Source: an uncultured Clostridia bacterium
GTDB taxonomy: Bacteria; Bacillota_I; Bacilli_A; RF39; UBA660
Length of the DNA stretch: 46,438 nt
Assembly (NCBI GenBank): GCA_947168405.1
Contig: CAMVLU010000001.1
Location: 1 to 46,438 of the forward strand
Reading direction: 5' to 3'
A model generated the notes under the pieces. It searched no databases. It saw only the letters and a list, made by a program, of their open reading frames with translations, and had not been told where the DNA came from. The position numbers and the translations under genes were made by a program. Positions 17,205-27,300 of the stretch are shown here, piece by piece (the first letter of the stretch is position 1; every line of letters starts with the position of its first letter).

Positions 17205-17817
17205 CTTCCTTTTTTTCTTTTAATTTAATAACAACACATCTATTTGGTTCTTCACCAGTTGACTCTGTATAAACTTTTTTATTATTTCCTAATGTGTTAT
17301 GAATTATTCTTCTTTCATAGGAATTCATTGGTTCTAGAGTTGCTTCAACACCAGTTCTTGCAACTTCTCTTGCTATTTGTTTAGCCATTCTTTCTAAATT
17401 CCATTCACGTTTTTGTTTATATTCACCAACATCTAAAACAAATTTATAGTTTTCTCCAATTTCTTTATAAATACTTTGTTTAATAATTGTTGTTAATGCT
17501 TTTAATGTATCTCCATTTTTTCCAATTAAGATAGCATTGTTATCAGCATAGATAGTAATATTTAAAGATTCTTCTTTTTTCTTAACTTCCATATTAATTG
17601 CAAGTCCCATATCACTTGTAATACCTTTAATTATTTCTTTAATATGTTCTATTACATCATCTTTTTTTATTACTTCAATTACACTTTTTTTATTAAATAG
17701 TTTTGTAGAACTTTCTATTTCTTTAATATATAAATTATTTTCTGTTTCCATTAAAGAAGCAAGTGCTTCATTTTTGGCTTCTTCAAATGTTTTGGCTTGA
17801 TATGTATACTTCTTCAT
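17182..17817 (-). CDS. jag: RNA-binding protein Jag/KhpB (KH + R3H domains)
   Basis: Jag_N-like start, KH region, R3H motif YERRIIHNTL. Directly downstream of yidC. Confidence 0.9.
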   Translation of the reverse strand: MKKYTYQAKTFEEAKNEALASLMETENNLYIKEIESSTKLFNKKSVIEVIKKDDVIEHIKEIIKGITSDMGLAINMEVKKKEESLNITIYADNNAILIGKNGDTLKALTTIIKQSIYKEIGENYKFVLDVGEYKQKREWNLERMAKQIAREVARTGVEATLEPMNSYERRIIHNTLGNNKKVYTESTGEEPNRCVVIKLKEKKEETTEENK

Positions 17818-17821
17818 CTTT

Positions 17822-18838
17822 TTATTTTACCTTTCTTCTTACTATAATATTTTGTACTATTGTAAATAAATTAGTTGTTATCCAATAAATATCTAATGCT
17901 GTTGTCATGAATATACTCATTACAATAATCATAATTGTAAACATATTCATCATCATCTTAGATTGTTTTTGCATATCACTACCTGTTGTTGGTTGATCTT
18001 TCATTGTTGCTCTAAATGAGAAGAATGTAGATGCTGCAACAATTAATACAACTAATATATATAAATAATTACCATTACTTACTCCAACACTTGGTGTAGT
18101 TCCTAAATGAAGGGTTAAAAATTTTTCTTCAAATATAGCAGGAATACGATTTATTGCTTCAAGAAATGCTATAAATAAAGGTAATTGTAAGAAACTAAAT
18201 AAACATCCTCCAATTGGACTTACATTATATTTCTTATAAACCATCATCATTTCTTGGCTCTTTTGCATCATAACTTCTTTATCATTTTGATCTTTATTTG
18301 CATATTTCTTTTCAATTTTTTCCATTTCTGGTTGAACTTTTTTCATATATTCAGATTGCATTGCTGTTTTTCTAGTAATTGGATATGCAATTAATCTAAT
18401 AATTAAACTTGTAATAATTAATCCTAAACCATAATTTTTAGTTAAATTACCAAAAAATAAAATAACATATGCAAGAGGTTTAACAAAAATACTTGTCCAT
18501 AAACCTTCATATCCACCTGATGAGATATTAAAACTTTCACAATCAACTTCTTTTGTTTCAACAACTTCTTCACCATTTTCGTTTTTTGTTTTTTCTTCAA
18601 CTTTTACTTTATCTGTTGTACAAGAACAATAAGGTAAAGAATCAATATCTACACCATTTTTTTTATATAATTCTATAGATTTTTCATCTGTTGGCTTACA
18701 TAAAATATTCTCTGTTAAATTTTGCCCAGTTACCTCATTGATTACTACCTTGTTATCTTTATCTTTTAATGTTTTAGTACATCCTGTTAAAAGTAAAAAT
18801 AACATTAAAACTAATACTATTTTTTTCTTATTGTTCAT
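17822..18838 (-). CDS. yidC: Membrane protein insertase YidC/SpoIIIJ (lipoprotein form)
   Basis: Lipobox LLLTGC, conserved YidC core (PITRKTAMQSEYMKKVQPEM, GGCLFSFLQLPLF). Overlaps the rnpA stop. Confidence 0.92.
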   Translation of the reverse strand: MNNKKKIVLVLMLFLLLTGCTKTLKDKDNKVVINEVTGQNLTENILCKPTDEKSIELYKKNGVDIDSLPYCSCTTDKVKVEEKTKNENGEEVVETKEVDCESFNISSGGYEGLWTSIFVKPLAYVILFFGNLTKNYGLGLIITSLIIRLIAYPITRKTAMQSEYMKKVQPEMEKIEKKYANKDQNDKEVMMQKSQEMMMVYKKYNVSPIGGCLFSFLQLPLFIAFLEAINRIPAIFEEKFLTLHLGTTPSVGVSNGNYLYILVVLIVAASTFFSFRATMKDQPTTGSDMQKQSKMMMNMFTIMIIVMSIFMTTALDIYWITTNLFTIVQNIIVRRKVK

Positions 18839-19169
18839 TTTCTCTCTCCAATTTCTCTAATATTTTTACTAAGTTCTCTTCTAGAATTGAATAATCTTCT
18901 CCTAAAGAACTTCTCCTAATTATTATAATATAATCTTGTCCTTTTGAATAGAGGTTTTTATGATAATCTAAAATATTTCTTACTTGTCTTTTTAATTTAT
19001 TACGACCAACAGCATTTGTTACTTTTTTTCCAACTGAAATACCAAATCGATATTTATCTAAATTATTTTTCATATTATATATAACATAATATTTATTTTT
19101 AAAACACTTACCTTTATTCATAACAAGATTAAATTCATCATTGCTTTTTACAACGTTTATTTTTTTCAT
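18828..19169 (-). CDS. rnpA: Ribonuclease P protein component
   Basis: 113-aa basic protein with VGKKVTNAVGRNKLKRQVR motif, downstream of rpmH. Confidence 0.92.
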   Translation of the reverse strand: MKKINVVKSNDEFNLVMNKGKCFKNKYYVIYNMKNNLDKYRFGISVGKKVTNAVGRNKLKRQVRNILDYHKNLYSKGQDYIIIIRRSSLGEDYSILEENLVKILEKLERENEQ

Positions 19170-19206
19170 AAAATCACTCCAAAAAAAACCACGATAAAAA
19201 TGTGGC

Positions 19207-19332
19207 TTATTTTTTGATAATTTCCTTACGACCTTTTCTTCTTCTTGAATTTACAACTTTTGTTTTCATTCTTGCAAAGAATCCGTGTTTTTTAGCTCTT
19301 CTTCTATTATTTGGTTGATAAGTTCTTTTCAT
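19207..19332 (-). CDS. rpmH: 50S ribosomal protein L34 (not in the ORF track)
   Basis: My translation of the minus strand gives [41 protein letters not shown]-stop. GGAGGTG lies upstream of ATG 19332. Confidence 0.95.
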   Translation of the reverse strand: MKRTYQPNNRRRAKKHGFFARMKTKVVNSRRRKGRKEIIKK

Positions 19333-19363
19333 TATTTCACACCTCCAAATCGAAATCTACACT

Positions 19364-19393
19364 ATTATAATAGGAAAGTAGGGGAAAAGTCAA
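19364..19393 (-). promoter_or_regulatory. rpmH promoter (TTGACT-18-TATAAT)
   Basis: TTGACT is the rc of 19388-19393 and TATAAT the rc of 19364-19369. Overlaps the stop of the upstream membrane protein gene. Confidence 0.6.
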
Positions 19394-20409
19394 TTAATTT
19401 TTGATTTATTTTTCCCATCCTTTATGATTTCTTTTACTTTTTTCTTATTTTCTTTACTATATCCTATTAATACTTCTTCATTTTTTTCTTTAATTTTATT
19501 TTCTATTTCTTCTAATATTTCATCTTTATTATCTTCAAGTGATCTTGTTTTAGCAACAGCATAAACTTTATTATTAATTGTTGTTACTTTTAAATATTTA
19601 TTAACAAGTAATCCATTATATGTTCTATCATATGGATATATCCATAAAATATCTGAATAAGGAACTATTACAATATTATCATCAAAATCTACTAAATAGT
19701 CTTTTAACAAATAAAACTTCATATCTTGATATTCACTTTCAACTATTTGAGATAATTCTGTATCTATTTTTATTAATAATTCAGGATTTAATTCATTCAT
19801 TGTTTTTTTATTTTTTATTACCTTTATTATATATATAACTATAAATAATAGAGATAATATTCCTAATATTAATGTTCCAATACAATATAATGTTGAATCA
19901 TTTATTTTTGTTTTCATATCTAAATAATATTCTCCAACATTTTCTTTAAAATTATCTTTTGTTAAATATTCATATTTCATAAATTCATTATAAGAATCTA
20001 TTGCTTGTTTTTTTAAATCATATGTTATAGGACGAGATATTCCTGTTATTCTAATTGGAGTTTCATTTATACTATCTATATTTAATTTTTTATAAGTATC
20101 ATTATTCATATAAACTATATATAAATGATTATCTTTATCCATAACTAGATAATATTTAACATCTTCTTCTTTACCATTTACCTCATATACTGCAAATAAA
20201 TGTGGTTTAATACTTACATCTATATATGAATAAGTATTTTCATTTTTTGCTTCTAATATATTTATAGGGTCAGGTATTTTCTTTTTACTATTCTCTAAAC
20301 CTAAATATAATAACACTAAACTCCCTAATAAAAAAATTATTCCTATTACTAATAATATATTAATTTTTCTTTTATTCTTTTTAAATACTTCTGCATTTGT
20401 ACTAATCAT
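19390..20409 (-). CDS. Hypothetical two-TM membrane protein located between oriC and rpmH
   Basis: TM1 ILLVIGIIFLLGSLVLLYLGL, a ~130-aa loop, TM2 LYCIGTLILGILSLLFIVIYII, then a C-terminal beta-rich domain. Start set to ATG 20409, with AAGGAAG upstream. Confidence 0.6.
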   Translation of the reverse strand: MISTNAEVFKKNKRKINILLVIGIIFLLGSLVLLYLGLENSKKKIPDPINILEAKNENTYSYIDVSIKPHLFAVYEVNGKEEDVKYYLVMDKDNHLYIVYMNNDTYKKLNIDSINETPIRITGISRPITYDLKKQAIDSYNEFMKYEYLTKDNFKENVGEYYLDMKTKINDSTLYCIGTLILGILSLLFIVIYIIKVIKNKKTMNELNPELLIKIDTELSQIVESEYQDMKFYLLKDYLVDFDDNIVIVPYSDILWIYPYDRTYNGLLVNKYLKVTTINNKVYAVAKTRSLEDNKDEILEEIENKIKEKNEEVLIGYSKENKKKVKEIIKDGKNKSKIN

Positions 20410-20502
20410 AATTATACTTCCTTTGTTTATAAATATTATCATATTTATTAATTATTGTAAAATTTAATCTTGTTTACACTTTAAAAAAAATTTTTTTATA
20501 AG

Positions 20503-20709
20503 TTTTCCACATTTTTTCTTATAATAGTTATCAACATGTGGAAATACAAATTGTGGAAAGTTGTGGAAAACTAATATACTCCTTGATATTATTAAAGAAC
20601 ATATGTGGATAACTTTGTGGATAAGTTGTGGAAAACGAATTTTATTTATTTTTTTTCCACATAGTTTTCCACCAAAAAAACATACTTTTCCACATATTGT
20701 TGTGGAAAA
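20503..20709. promoter_or_regulatory. oriC part 1: cluster of 11 DnaA boxes upstream of dnaA
   Basis: TTATCCACA-like 9-mers (2 or fewer mismatches) start at 20503, 20537, 20552, 20562, 20604, 20616, 20627, 20653, 20665, 20686 and 20701. Those at 20604 and 20616 are perfect TGTGGATAA. Confidence 0.9.
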
Positions 20710-20784
20710 CTTTTAATGTAAAGTTATTGAAATTTTAAAAAGAAAAAGATAGAATAAAATTACAAAACGGATAGGAGGTGTATA

Positions 20785-22146
20785 ATGAGCAATGACCAAT
20801 TATGGAGCAAGTTCTTAGAAAATATTCAAAGTAATGTCAATTCTATGGTTTATACAACATGGTTTAGTAAAATAAAATTACTATCTATAGAAGAAAATAA
20901 AATTACTTTAGTCGTTCCTTTAGAAATTCATCGAAAAAGAATTCAAGAGACTTATCATAATTTGATAATAAATGTTTTAGAAAAAATTACTAATAAAATG
21001 TATGAAATAGATGTTTTGTTAGAAGAAGAATTAAAGAAAAAAGAAGAACCAAAAATTGTTCAAGAACAATTATTTGTTGAAACAACACCAAAGTTTAATC
21101 ACAAATCTAACTTAAATCCTAATTATACATTTGAAACATTTATTGTAGGAAATAGTAATAAACTTGCACATGCTGCGGCTTTTGCAGTCGCAGAGTCACC
21201 AGGTTTAACATATAATCCATTATTTATATATGGAAATTCAGGACTTGGGAAAACACATTTAATGCAAGCAATTGGTAATTATATTGAAAAAAATAGTCAA
21301 AAACGAGTTTTATATGTTACCAGTGAACAATTTATATCTGATTTTTCAGGAATTGGAAGAAAAGATGAGAATGATTCATCATATAGCTATGTTGATTATT
21401 TTAAAGATAAGTATCGTAATATAGATGTATTAATAATTGATGATATTCAATTTCTTGCTGGACCTAAAACTCAACAAGAATTCTTTCATACTTTTAATAC
21501 TTTATATGACGATAAAAAACAGATTATTATTTCATCAGATAGATCACCAAACGACTTAAAGTTATTAGAAGATAGACTTAGAACTAGATTTTGTTGGGGA
21601 TTAACAGTTGATATATATCCACCTGACATGGAATTAAGAATTAATATTTTAAAGAAAAAAATTGAGGGAAATAAAATTAATAAAGATATTCCAGAAGAAG
21701 TACTCGAATATATAGCATCTAATATGGCAAGTGATGTTAGACAACTTGAAGGAGCAATTACTAGACTTCTTGCATATTCAACAATTATGGGAGGAGCTGA
21801 TATAACTTTATCATTGGCTGTCGACGCTTTAAAAGACTTTATTAATAAAGGAACAAGTGAAAAAACAAATATATCAAGAGTTCAAAAGGTTGTTGCTGAT
21901 TATTTCCAAATATCTGTTGATGATTTAAAAGGAAAGAAAAGAAGTGCAAGTGTTGCTTTTCCAAGGCAAATAGCTATGTACTTATCTAGAGAAATATTAA
22001 ATGAGTCTTATCAAAGAATAGGATTAGAATTTGGAGGACGTGATCATTCAACCGTAATGAGTTCATGTGATAAAATAAGTGATAATATTAAAACAACACA
22101 AAGTTTAAGAGATACCGTGGAAAAAATAAAAGCAAACTTAACTTAA
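20785..22146 (+). CDS. dnaA: Chromosomal replication initiator protein DnaA
   Basis: AAA+ Walker A GNSGLGKTHLMQA and C-terminal DNA-binding helix (GGRDHSTVMSSCDKI). Flanked by DnaA boxes. Confidence 0.97.
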   Translation: MSNDQLWSKFLENIQSNVNSMVYTTWFSKIKLLSIEENKITLVVPLEIHRKRIQETYHNLIINVLEKITNKMYEIDVLLEEELKKKEEPKIVQEQLFVETTPKFNHKSNLNPNYTFETFIVGNSNKLAHAAAFAVAESPGLTYNPLFIYGNSGLGKTHLMQAIGNYIEKNSQKRVLYVTSEQFISDFSGIGRKDENDSSYSYVDYFKDKYRNIDVLIIDDIQFLAGPKTQQEFFHTFNTLYDDKKQIIISSDRSPNDLKLLEDRLRTRFCWGLTVDIYPPDMELRINILKKKIEGNKINKDIPEEVLEYIASNMASDVRQLEGAITRLLAYSTIMGGADITLSLAVDALKDFINKGTSEKTNISRVQKVVADYFQISVDDLKGKKRSASVAFPRQIAMYLSREILNESYQRIGLEFGGRDHSTVMSSCDKISDNIKTTQSLRDTVEKIKANLT

Positions 22147-22151
22147 CAAAG

Positions 22152-22319
22152 TTATCCACAATTATATGTGGAAAACTTTATTTATAAAATATTTTAAATT
22201 ATAAGAAAAAAAGTTGAATGTGGAAAAGTCATAGTTATCCACAAAGTTATCCACATTAATATTTATTTCTAATCCCTTATAAAATAAGAAAATATAATAG
22301 TTATCCACATCTTTCCACA
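22152..22319. promoter_or_regulatory. oriC part 2: 7 DnaA boxes between dnaA and dnaN
   Basis: Perfect TTATCCACA at 22152, 22235, 22247 and 22301. Near-consensus boxes at 22167, 22219 and 22311. Confidence 0.9.
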
Positions 22320-22350
22320 CTATTATTATTATTATATAAATATAAATAAA
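22320..22350. promoter_or_regulatory. Candidate DNA-unwinding element with (TAT)5 trinucleotide run next to the last DnaA boxes
   Basis: TATTATTATTATTAT at 22321-22335, then ATAAATATAAATAAAAG. It is 100 percent A/T and starts 1 nt after the last box. Confidence 0.55.
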
Positions 22351-22367
22351 AGAAAAAGGAGAAAAAA

Positions 22368-23489
22368 ATGAAATTAAAAATTAAAAGAGATGTATTATTA
22401 GAAAATTTAAATAAAGTTTCAAAAGCTTTATCTACTAAAAATTTAGTACCTGCTTTAGCAGGAATAAAATTTGAATTAAATCAAGAAGGATTAACTTTAA
22501 CTGCAAGTGATAATGATATTACTATTAGATCTTTTATAGAAAATAGTGAAGATATGAATATAGAAGATGAAGGTAGTATTATTATAATAGGAAGATATAT
22601 TTTAGATATTGTAAGAAAATTACCAGATAAATTTATTAATATTGAAGTATTTGATGAACTAAAAGTTATTATTTCTACTGAAAATAGTGAATATAATTTA
22701 AATGGTATAAATAAGTCTGAATATCCTAATATAAATTTAGAAGAAAGTAAAACACCTATTAAATTAAATGCTAAAATATTTAAAGATTTAATTAATCAAA
22801 CTGCATTTGCTGCATCAACTGATGAGTCACGTCCTGCATTAACAGGATTAAACTTTAAAATAATGGGTGATACTTTAGAATGTAATTGTACAGATTCTTA
22901 TCGATTAGCAAGAAAAGTATTAACTTTAAAAGATTTAAGTGAATCAGATTATAATATTGTTATTCCTAGTAAAAATATTATAGAAGTATCTAAATTATTA
23001 AATGATGATGAAAAAGATATAGAACTTCATATCTTTAATAATAAGATATTATTTAAATATGATAATATTTTGTTTCAAAGTCGTTTAATAAATGGAACTT
23101 TCCCAAATACAGCTAATTTATTACCTAAAGAAAGTATGTTAAAAATAACTGTTAATGTAAGTGATTTATATAATGTTATAGATCGTGTTAGTATTTTAAC
23201 AAGTGATAAAGAAAAGAATGTTGTAACTTTAGAAACTGTTGGAGACACATTAATTATGAAATCTTCAAGTGTTGAAATAGGTAGAGTAGAAGAAAAAATG
23301 AATATTAAGAAAGAACAAGAAGAAAATATTACAATTTCTTTCAGTGCTCGTTATGTAATGGAAGCTTTAAAAGTATTTGATTCAGAAGAATGTGAAATAT
23401 CTTTTGTTGGAGAAGTAAATCCTATAATTTTCAAAGAAAAAGATAAAGAAGATTTAATTCAATTGGTTTTACCAATAAGAACTTATTAA
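22368..23489 (+). CDS. dnaN: DNA polymerase III beta sliding clamp
   Basis: Three-domain ~373-aa protein with a typical DnaN N-terminus (LLENLNKVSKALSTKNLVPALAGIKF), downstream of dnaA. Confidence 0.95.
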   Translation: MKLKIKRDVLLENLNKVSKALSTKNLVPALAGIKFELNQEGLTLTASDNDITIRSFIENSEDMNIEDEGSIIIIGRYILDIVRKLPDKFINIEVFDELKVIISTENSEYNLNGINKSEYPNINLEESKTPIKLNAKIFKDLINQTAFAASTDESRPALTGLNFKIMGDTLECNCTDSYRLARKVLTLKDLSESDYNIVIPSKNIIEVSKLLNDDEKDIELHIFNNKILFKYDNILFQSRLINGTFPNTANLLPKESMLKITVNVSDLYNVIDRVSILTSDKEKNVVTLETVGDTLIMKSSSVEIGRVEEKMNIKKEQEENITISFSARYVMEALKVFDSEECEISFVGEVNPIIFKEKDKEDLIQLVLPIRTY

Positions 23490-23580
23490 AAAATGAGAGA
23501 AATCTCTTTTTTTTCTTTATTCGACAGAAATCAACAAAATTCTACAAAATCATTTGTTATTTTATAAAGCAAATTTAAAG

Positions 23581-23602
23581 TTTTCCACCACTTTGTGGAT
23601 AA
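23581..23602. promoter_or_regulatory. Inverted pair of DnaA boxes upstream of the comK-like gene
   Basis: TTTTCCACC (23581-23589) and TGTGGATAA (23594-23602, perfect). A third box-like TGTGGAAAT (23632-23640) overlaps the GTG start. Confidence 0.6.
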
Positions 23603-23632
23603 ATTTTTAAATTTTAGAGTGGGGGTGATTTT

Positions 23633-24088
23633 GTGGAAATCGATAGCTATGAAATTAATAAAAATACATGTGCTGTATTAAATATTAATAATCAAGTATC
23701 TAAAATTATTGAAAAAGATAACGACTATTTATTAGAAAAAAAATCTTTTGAAGTAATGGAAGATAGTTGTGCATACTATGGAAGTACTTTTGAAGGAAGA
23801 ATTAAAGGAACGAAAAAAATGCTTGGTAGTAATTATAAATTACCAATTATAATTGAAGAAACAAATGATATTATCTTTTTTCCAACTAATGGAGCTAGTA
23901 ATGAATCATGTTCTTGGATTTCTTTAAATCAAGTTGATAAGTATGAAAACTATAAAGGTTATACTAAAGTTACTTTTATAGGAGGTAAAAGCATAATATT
24001 AAAAATGCCATATTCTTCTTTTGAAATGCAGTTATTAAGAGCATCTAGATTACAAATTTTATTATCTAAAAGAGTAGATATGGAATAA
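23633..24088 (+). CDS. comK: ComK-family competence transcription factor homologue
   Basis: From memory, alignable along its length with B. subtilis ComK: SYEINKNTCAVL vs SYEVNGATIAVL, KIIEKD identical, DSCAYYGSTFEGRIKGT vs RSCRFFGSSYAGRKAGT, IIFFPT vs IFLFPT, CSWIS vs CGWIS, YSSFEMQ vs YNSFENQ. GTG start with GGGGGTGA upstream. Confidence 0.75.
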   Translation: MEIDSYEINKNTCAVLNINNQVSKIIEKDNDYLLEKKSFEVMEDSCAYYGSTFEGRIKGTKKMLGSNYKLPIIIEETNDIIFFPTNGASNESCSWISLNQVDKYENYKGYTKVTFIGGKSIILKMPYSSFEMQLLRASRLQILLSKRVDME

Positions 24089-24110
24089 TTATCTACTCTT
24101 TTAATTTTTT
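24068..24110 (+). terminator. Intrinsic terminator after the comK-like gene
   Basis: Perfect 12-bp stem AAAAGAGTAGAT / ATCTACTCTTTT with 11-nt loop, followed by TTAATTTTTT. Confidence 0.8.
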
Positions 24111-24144
24111 GTAATAAAAAAATGTCTAAAAATGTTATTTTGGG

Positions 24145-24172
24145 TTGTTTTAGGTTAATTTTGTGATATAAT
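24145..24172 (+). promoter_or_regulatory. recF promoter (TTGTTT-16-TGTGATATAAT extended -10)
   Basis: TTGTTT at 24145-24150 and TATAAT at 24167-24172, preceded by TGTGA. Confidence 0.55.
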
Positions 24173-24237
24173 ATATTAGCAAGTATAGGTATATTAACTA
24201 CCAAAATATTTGAAATAAGGGGCATTTGTGAGATTAT

Positions 24238-25374
24238 ATGAAATTAAAAGAGTTAAAAATTAAAAATTTTCGTAATTATTCAGAAGCAAATTTATTACTA
24301 TCTCCAAGTATTAATATATTTATAGGTGATAATGGAGTAGGTAAAACTAATATTTTGGAAGCAATATACGTACTTTCATTAACTAAATCAGCTAGATACG
24401 GAACAGATACTGATTTAATTAAATTAGGTGAAAATAATTTATCTATTGAAGGAATAGTTGATTATGATGATTATCAAAAAGAATATAAGATAAATATAGA
24501 TAAGTTTTCTAAAAGAGTATATCGAAATAATATTCAAATAAAAAAAATATCAGAATATTTATCAGAATTTTGTATAACATCATTTCTTCCTAATGATATA
24601 GAAATAATTAAAGGATCTCCTAGTTTAAGAAGAAATACTTTAAATATTGAAATAGGTATTCTTTATAATCAATATTTAGATTATGTAAATGAATATAATA
24701 GATTATTAAAGATGAGAAATGAATATTTAAAGAGATTGAATTTAAATGGTTATTCTGATTCTAAATACCTTGATGTTATTAATCTAAAAATGATTGATTT
24801 AAGTGTTAAAATATATAAATTTAGATTTAATTATTTAGAAGAAATTAATAATATTCTGCCTAGTATTTATAAAAAATTAACAGGTATAAGTAATATTAAA
24901 ATATTGTATGATTGTTCTTTAGGTATAAAAGAATACGATGAAGAATTAATAAAAGATACTATGTTAAAGAAATATAAAAGTAATTTATATAAGGAAATGC
25001 TTCAAGGAATGACAATTACAGGATTACATCGAGATGATTTAATATTTTTAGTTAATAACAATGATGCTAAAATATATGCTTCTCAAGGACAACAAAGATT
25101 AATTGTTATAGCCTATAAAATTGCTGAGTTATTAGTATTTAAAAAGATTAAGAAAGAATATCCAATTCTTTTACTTGATGATGTGTTCTCAGAAATAGAT
25201 ATTAAAAAGAGAAATAATATTGTTAAGTATTTAAAAAGTGATATTCAAGTTATTATAACAACAACTGATTTAGAAGATATACAAGAAGATTTAGTAAAAA
25301 GTGCTAAAATATTTAAAATTAAAAATGGAGAAATAAAAATAAAAGGTGGTGCAAAATGCAAGAAGAAAAAGTAG
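24238..25374 (+). CDS. recF: DNA replication and repair protein RecF
   Basis: Walker [14 protein letters not shown], signature SQGQQR and Walker B LLLDDV. Lies between dnaN and gyrB. Confidence 0.93.
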   Translation: MKLKELKIKNFRNYSEANLLLSPSINIFIGDNGVGKTNILEAIYVLSLTKSARYGTDTDLIKLGENNLSIEGIVDYDDYQKEYKINIDKFSKRVYRNNIQIKKISEYLSEFCITSFLPNDIEIIKGSPSLRRNTLNIEIGILYNQYLDYVNEYNRLLKMRNEYLKRLNLNGYSDSKYLDVINLKMIDLSVKIYKFRFNYLEEINNILPSIYKKLTGISNIKILYDCSLGIKEYDEELIKDTMLKKYKSNLYKEMLQGMTITGLHRDDLIFLVNNNDAKIYASQGQQRLIVIAYKIAELLVFKKIKKEYPILLLDDVFSEIDIKKRNNIVKYLKSDIQVIITTTDLEDIQEDLVKSAKIFKIKNGEIKIKGGAKCKKKK

Positions 25375-27290
25375 TTGAAAATTATGATTCATCAACAATA
25401 CAAGTATTAGAAGGATTAGAAGCTGTTAGAAAAAGACCTGGTATGTATATAGGAACAACGGATGTTAAAGGTCTTCATCATTTAGTATGGGAAATAGTTG
25501 ATAACTCAATAGATGAAGCTTTAGCAGGATATTGTCATAATATTGAAATAGTTATTAATAAAGATAATTCAATAACTGTTAAAGATGATGGTCGTGGAAT
25601 TCCAGTTGATATTCATCCAAAGACTCATTTATCAACGGTAGAAACAGTTTATACAGTTTTACATGCTGGAGGAAAATTTGGTGGAGGAGGATACAAAGTA
25701 TCTGGAGGTCTTCATGGAGTAGGTGCCAGTGTTGTTAATGCCTTATCTAAATGGGTAGAGGTAATGGTTTATAAAGATGGAAAAATTCATAAAATAAGAT
25801 TTGAAAACGGTGGAAAAACTGTAGAACCATTACATGTAATAGGAGAATGTGATAAGAATAGAACCGGAACAACTGTAACATTTAAGCCTGATGCAGATAT
25901 CTTTGATTCAGAAATATATGATTATGAAACTTTAAAGACAAGAGTTAGAGAGTTGGCTTTCTTAAACAAAGGATTATCAATTAATATAAGAGATGATAGA
26001 GATTTAGAAGATACAACTGGTGAGACGTTTATGTATGAAGGTGGTATAAGTGAATATGTAAGATTCATTAATAAAGAAAAAACACCTATACATGAAGATA
26101 TTATCCACTTAACTGGGGAAAAAGATGGCGTTATATTTGAAGTAGCTATGCAATATAATACGTCATATAATTCAAATATTTATTCCTTTGTTAATAATAT
26201 TAATACTCATGATGGAGGAACTCATGAAGATGGAGTTAAACGTGCTTTAACAAGAGTAATTAATAGTTATGCAAGAAAGAATAATATTTTAAAAGAAAAA
26301 GATGAAAATTTAAGAGAAGATGATGTTAAAGAAGGATTAACAATGATTATTTCTTGTAAACATCCAAATCCTCAATTTGAAGGACAAACGAAAGGAAGAC
26401 TTGGAAATTCTGAAGTTAAAAATTTAGCTGATAATGTTTTTGCTGACGGATTCGAGAACTTCCTACTTGAAAATCCTGAAGAAGCAAGAGTAATAATTAA
26501 TAAAGCAATATTAGCAAGAAATGCTCGAATGGCAGCTAAGAAAGCCCGTGAAGCAACACGTAAAAGTGATTTAGCAACAACCAACTTTTTTGGGAAATTA
26601 TCCGATTGTAAGAGTAAAGATCCAACTATATCTGAGATATTTATCGTCGAAGGAGATTCCGCTGGAGGAAGTGCTAAAAAGGGAAGAGATTCTATGACTC
26701 AAGCAATACTTCCTTTACGTGGAAAAATATTAAATGTTGAAAAAGCAAGACTTGATAGAGCTTTAGGAAATGAAGAAATTAAAACAATTATTACAGCCTT
26801 TGGAACCGGAATAGGAGATTACTTTGATTTAACTAAATTAAGATATGATAAGATTATTATCATGACCGATGCCGATGTTGATGGATCACATATAAGAGTT
26901 CTTCTATTAACTTTATTTTATAGATTCTTTAAACCAATTGTTGAAGCAGGACATGTATATGCAGCTCAACCACCATTATTTAGAATAATGCATGGTAAAA
27001 CAAGAAAATATGTTCTTGATGAAAAAGAAAAAGAAGATTATTTAGCATCTCTTCCTGAAAATATTAGAAATAGAGCTGAAATTGCTCGAATGAAAGGTTT
27101 AGGAGAAATGGATGCTGAAGAATTAAATGAAACAACTATGGATATTAATAAAAGAATTCTTCGTAAAATAACAGTAGAAGATTGTATAGCTGCTGATGCT
27201 ATATTTGAAAAATTAATGGGTGATGAAGTAGAACCTCGTCGAACATTTATAGAAGAAAACGCTGAATTCGTTAAGAATTTGGATATATAG
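25356..27290 (+). CDS. gyrB: DNA gyrase subunit B
   Basis: [28 protein letters not shown] ATPase domain, Toprim [17 protein letters not shown]. Confidence 0.97.
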   Translation: MQEEKVVENYDSSTIQVLEGLEAVRKRPGMYIGTTDVKGLHHLVWEIVDNSIDEALAGYCHNIEIVINKDNSITVKDDGRGIPVDIHPKTHLSTVETVYTVLHAGGKFGGGGYKVSGGLHGVGASVVNALSKWVEVMVYKDGKIHKIRFENGGKTVEPLHVIGECDKNRTGTTVTFKPDADIFDSEIYDYETLKTRVRELAFLNKGLSINIRDDRDLEDTTGETFMYEGGISEYVRFINKEKTPIHEDIIHLTGEKDGVIFEVAMQYNTSYNSNIYSFVNNINTHDGGTHEDGVKRALTRVINSYARKNNILKEKDENLREDDVKEGLTMIISCKHPNPQFEGQTKGRLGNSEVKNLADNVFADGFENFLLENPEEARVIINKAILARNARMAAKKAREATRKSDLATTNFFGKLSDCKSKDPTISEIFIVEGDSAGGSAKKGRDSMTQAILPLRGKILNVEKARLDRALGNEEIKTIITAFGTGIGDYFDLTKLRYDKIIIMTDADVDGSHIRVLLLTLFYRFFKPIVEAGHVYAAQPPLFRIMHGKTRKYVLDEKEKEDYLASLPENIRNRAEIARMKGLGEMDAEELNETTMDINKRILRKITVEDCIAADAIFEKLMGDEVEPRRTFIEENAEFVKNLDI

Positions 27291-27300
27291 GAGGTGACTT

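Noticed and set aside
23490-23516. GAGA-GAAA-TCTC hairpin plus T-run as the dnaN terminator
   Set aside because: The core stem is only 4-5 bp. Read-through into the comK-like gene cannot be excluded, so it is not listed as a confident terminator.
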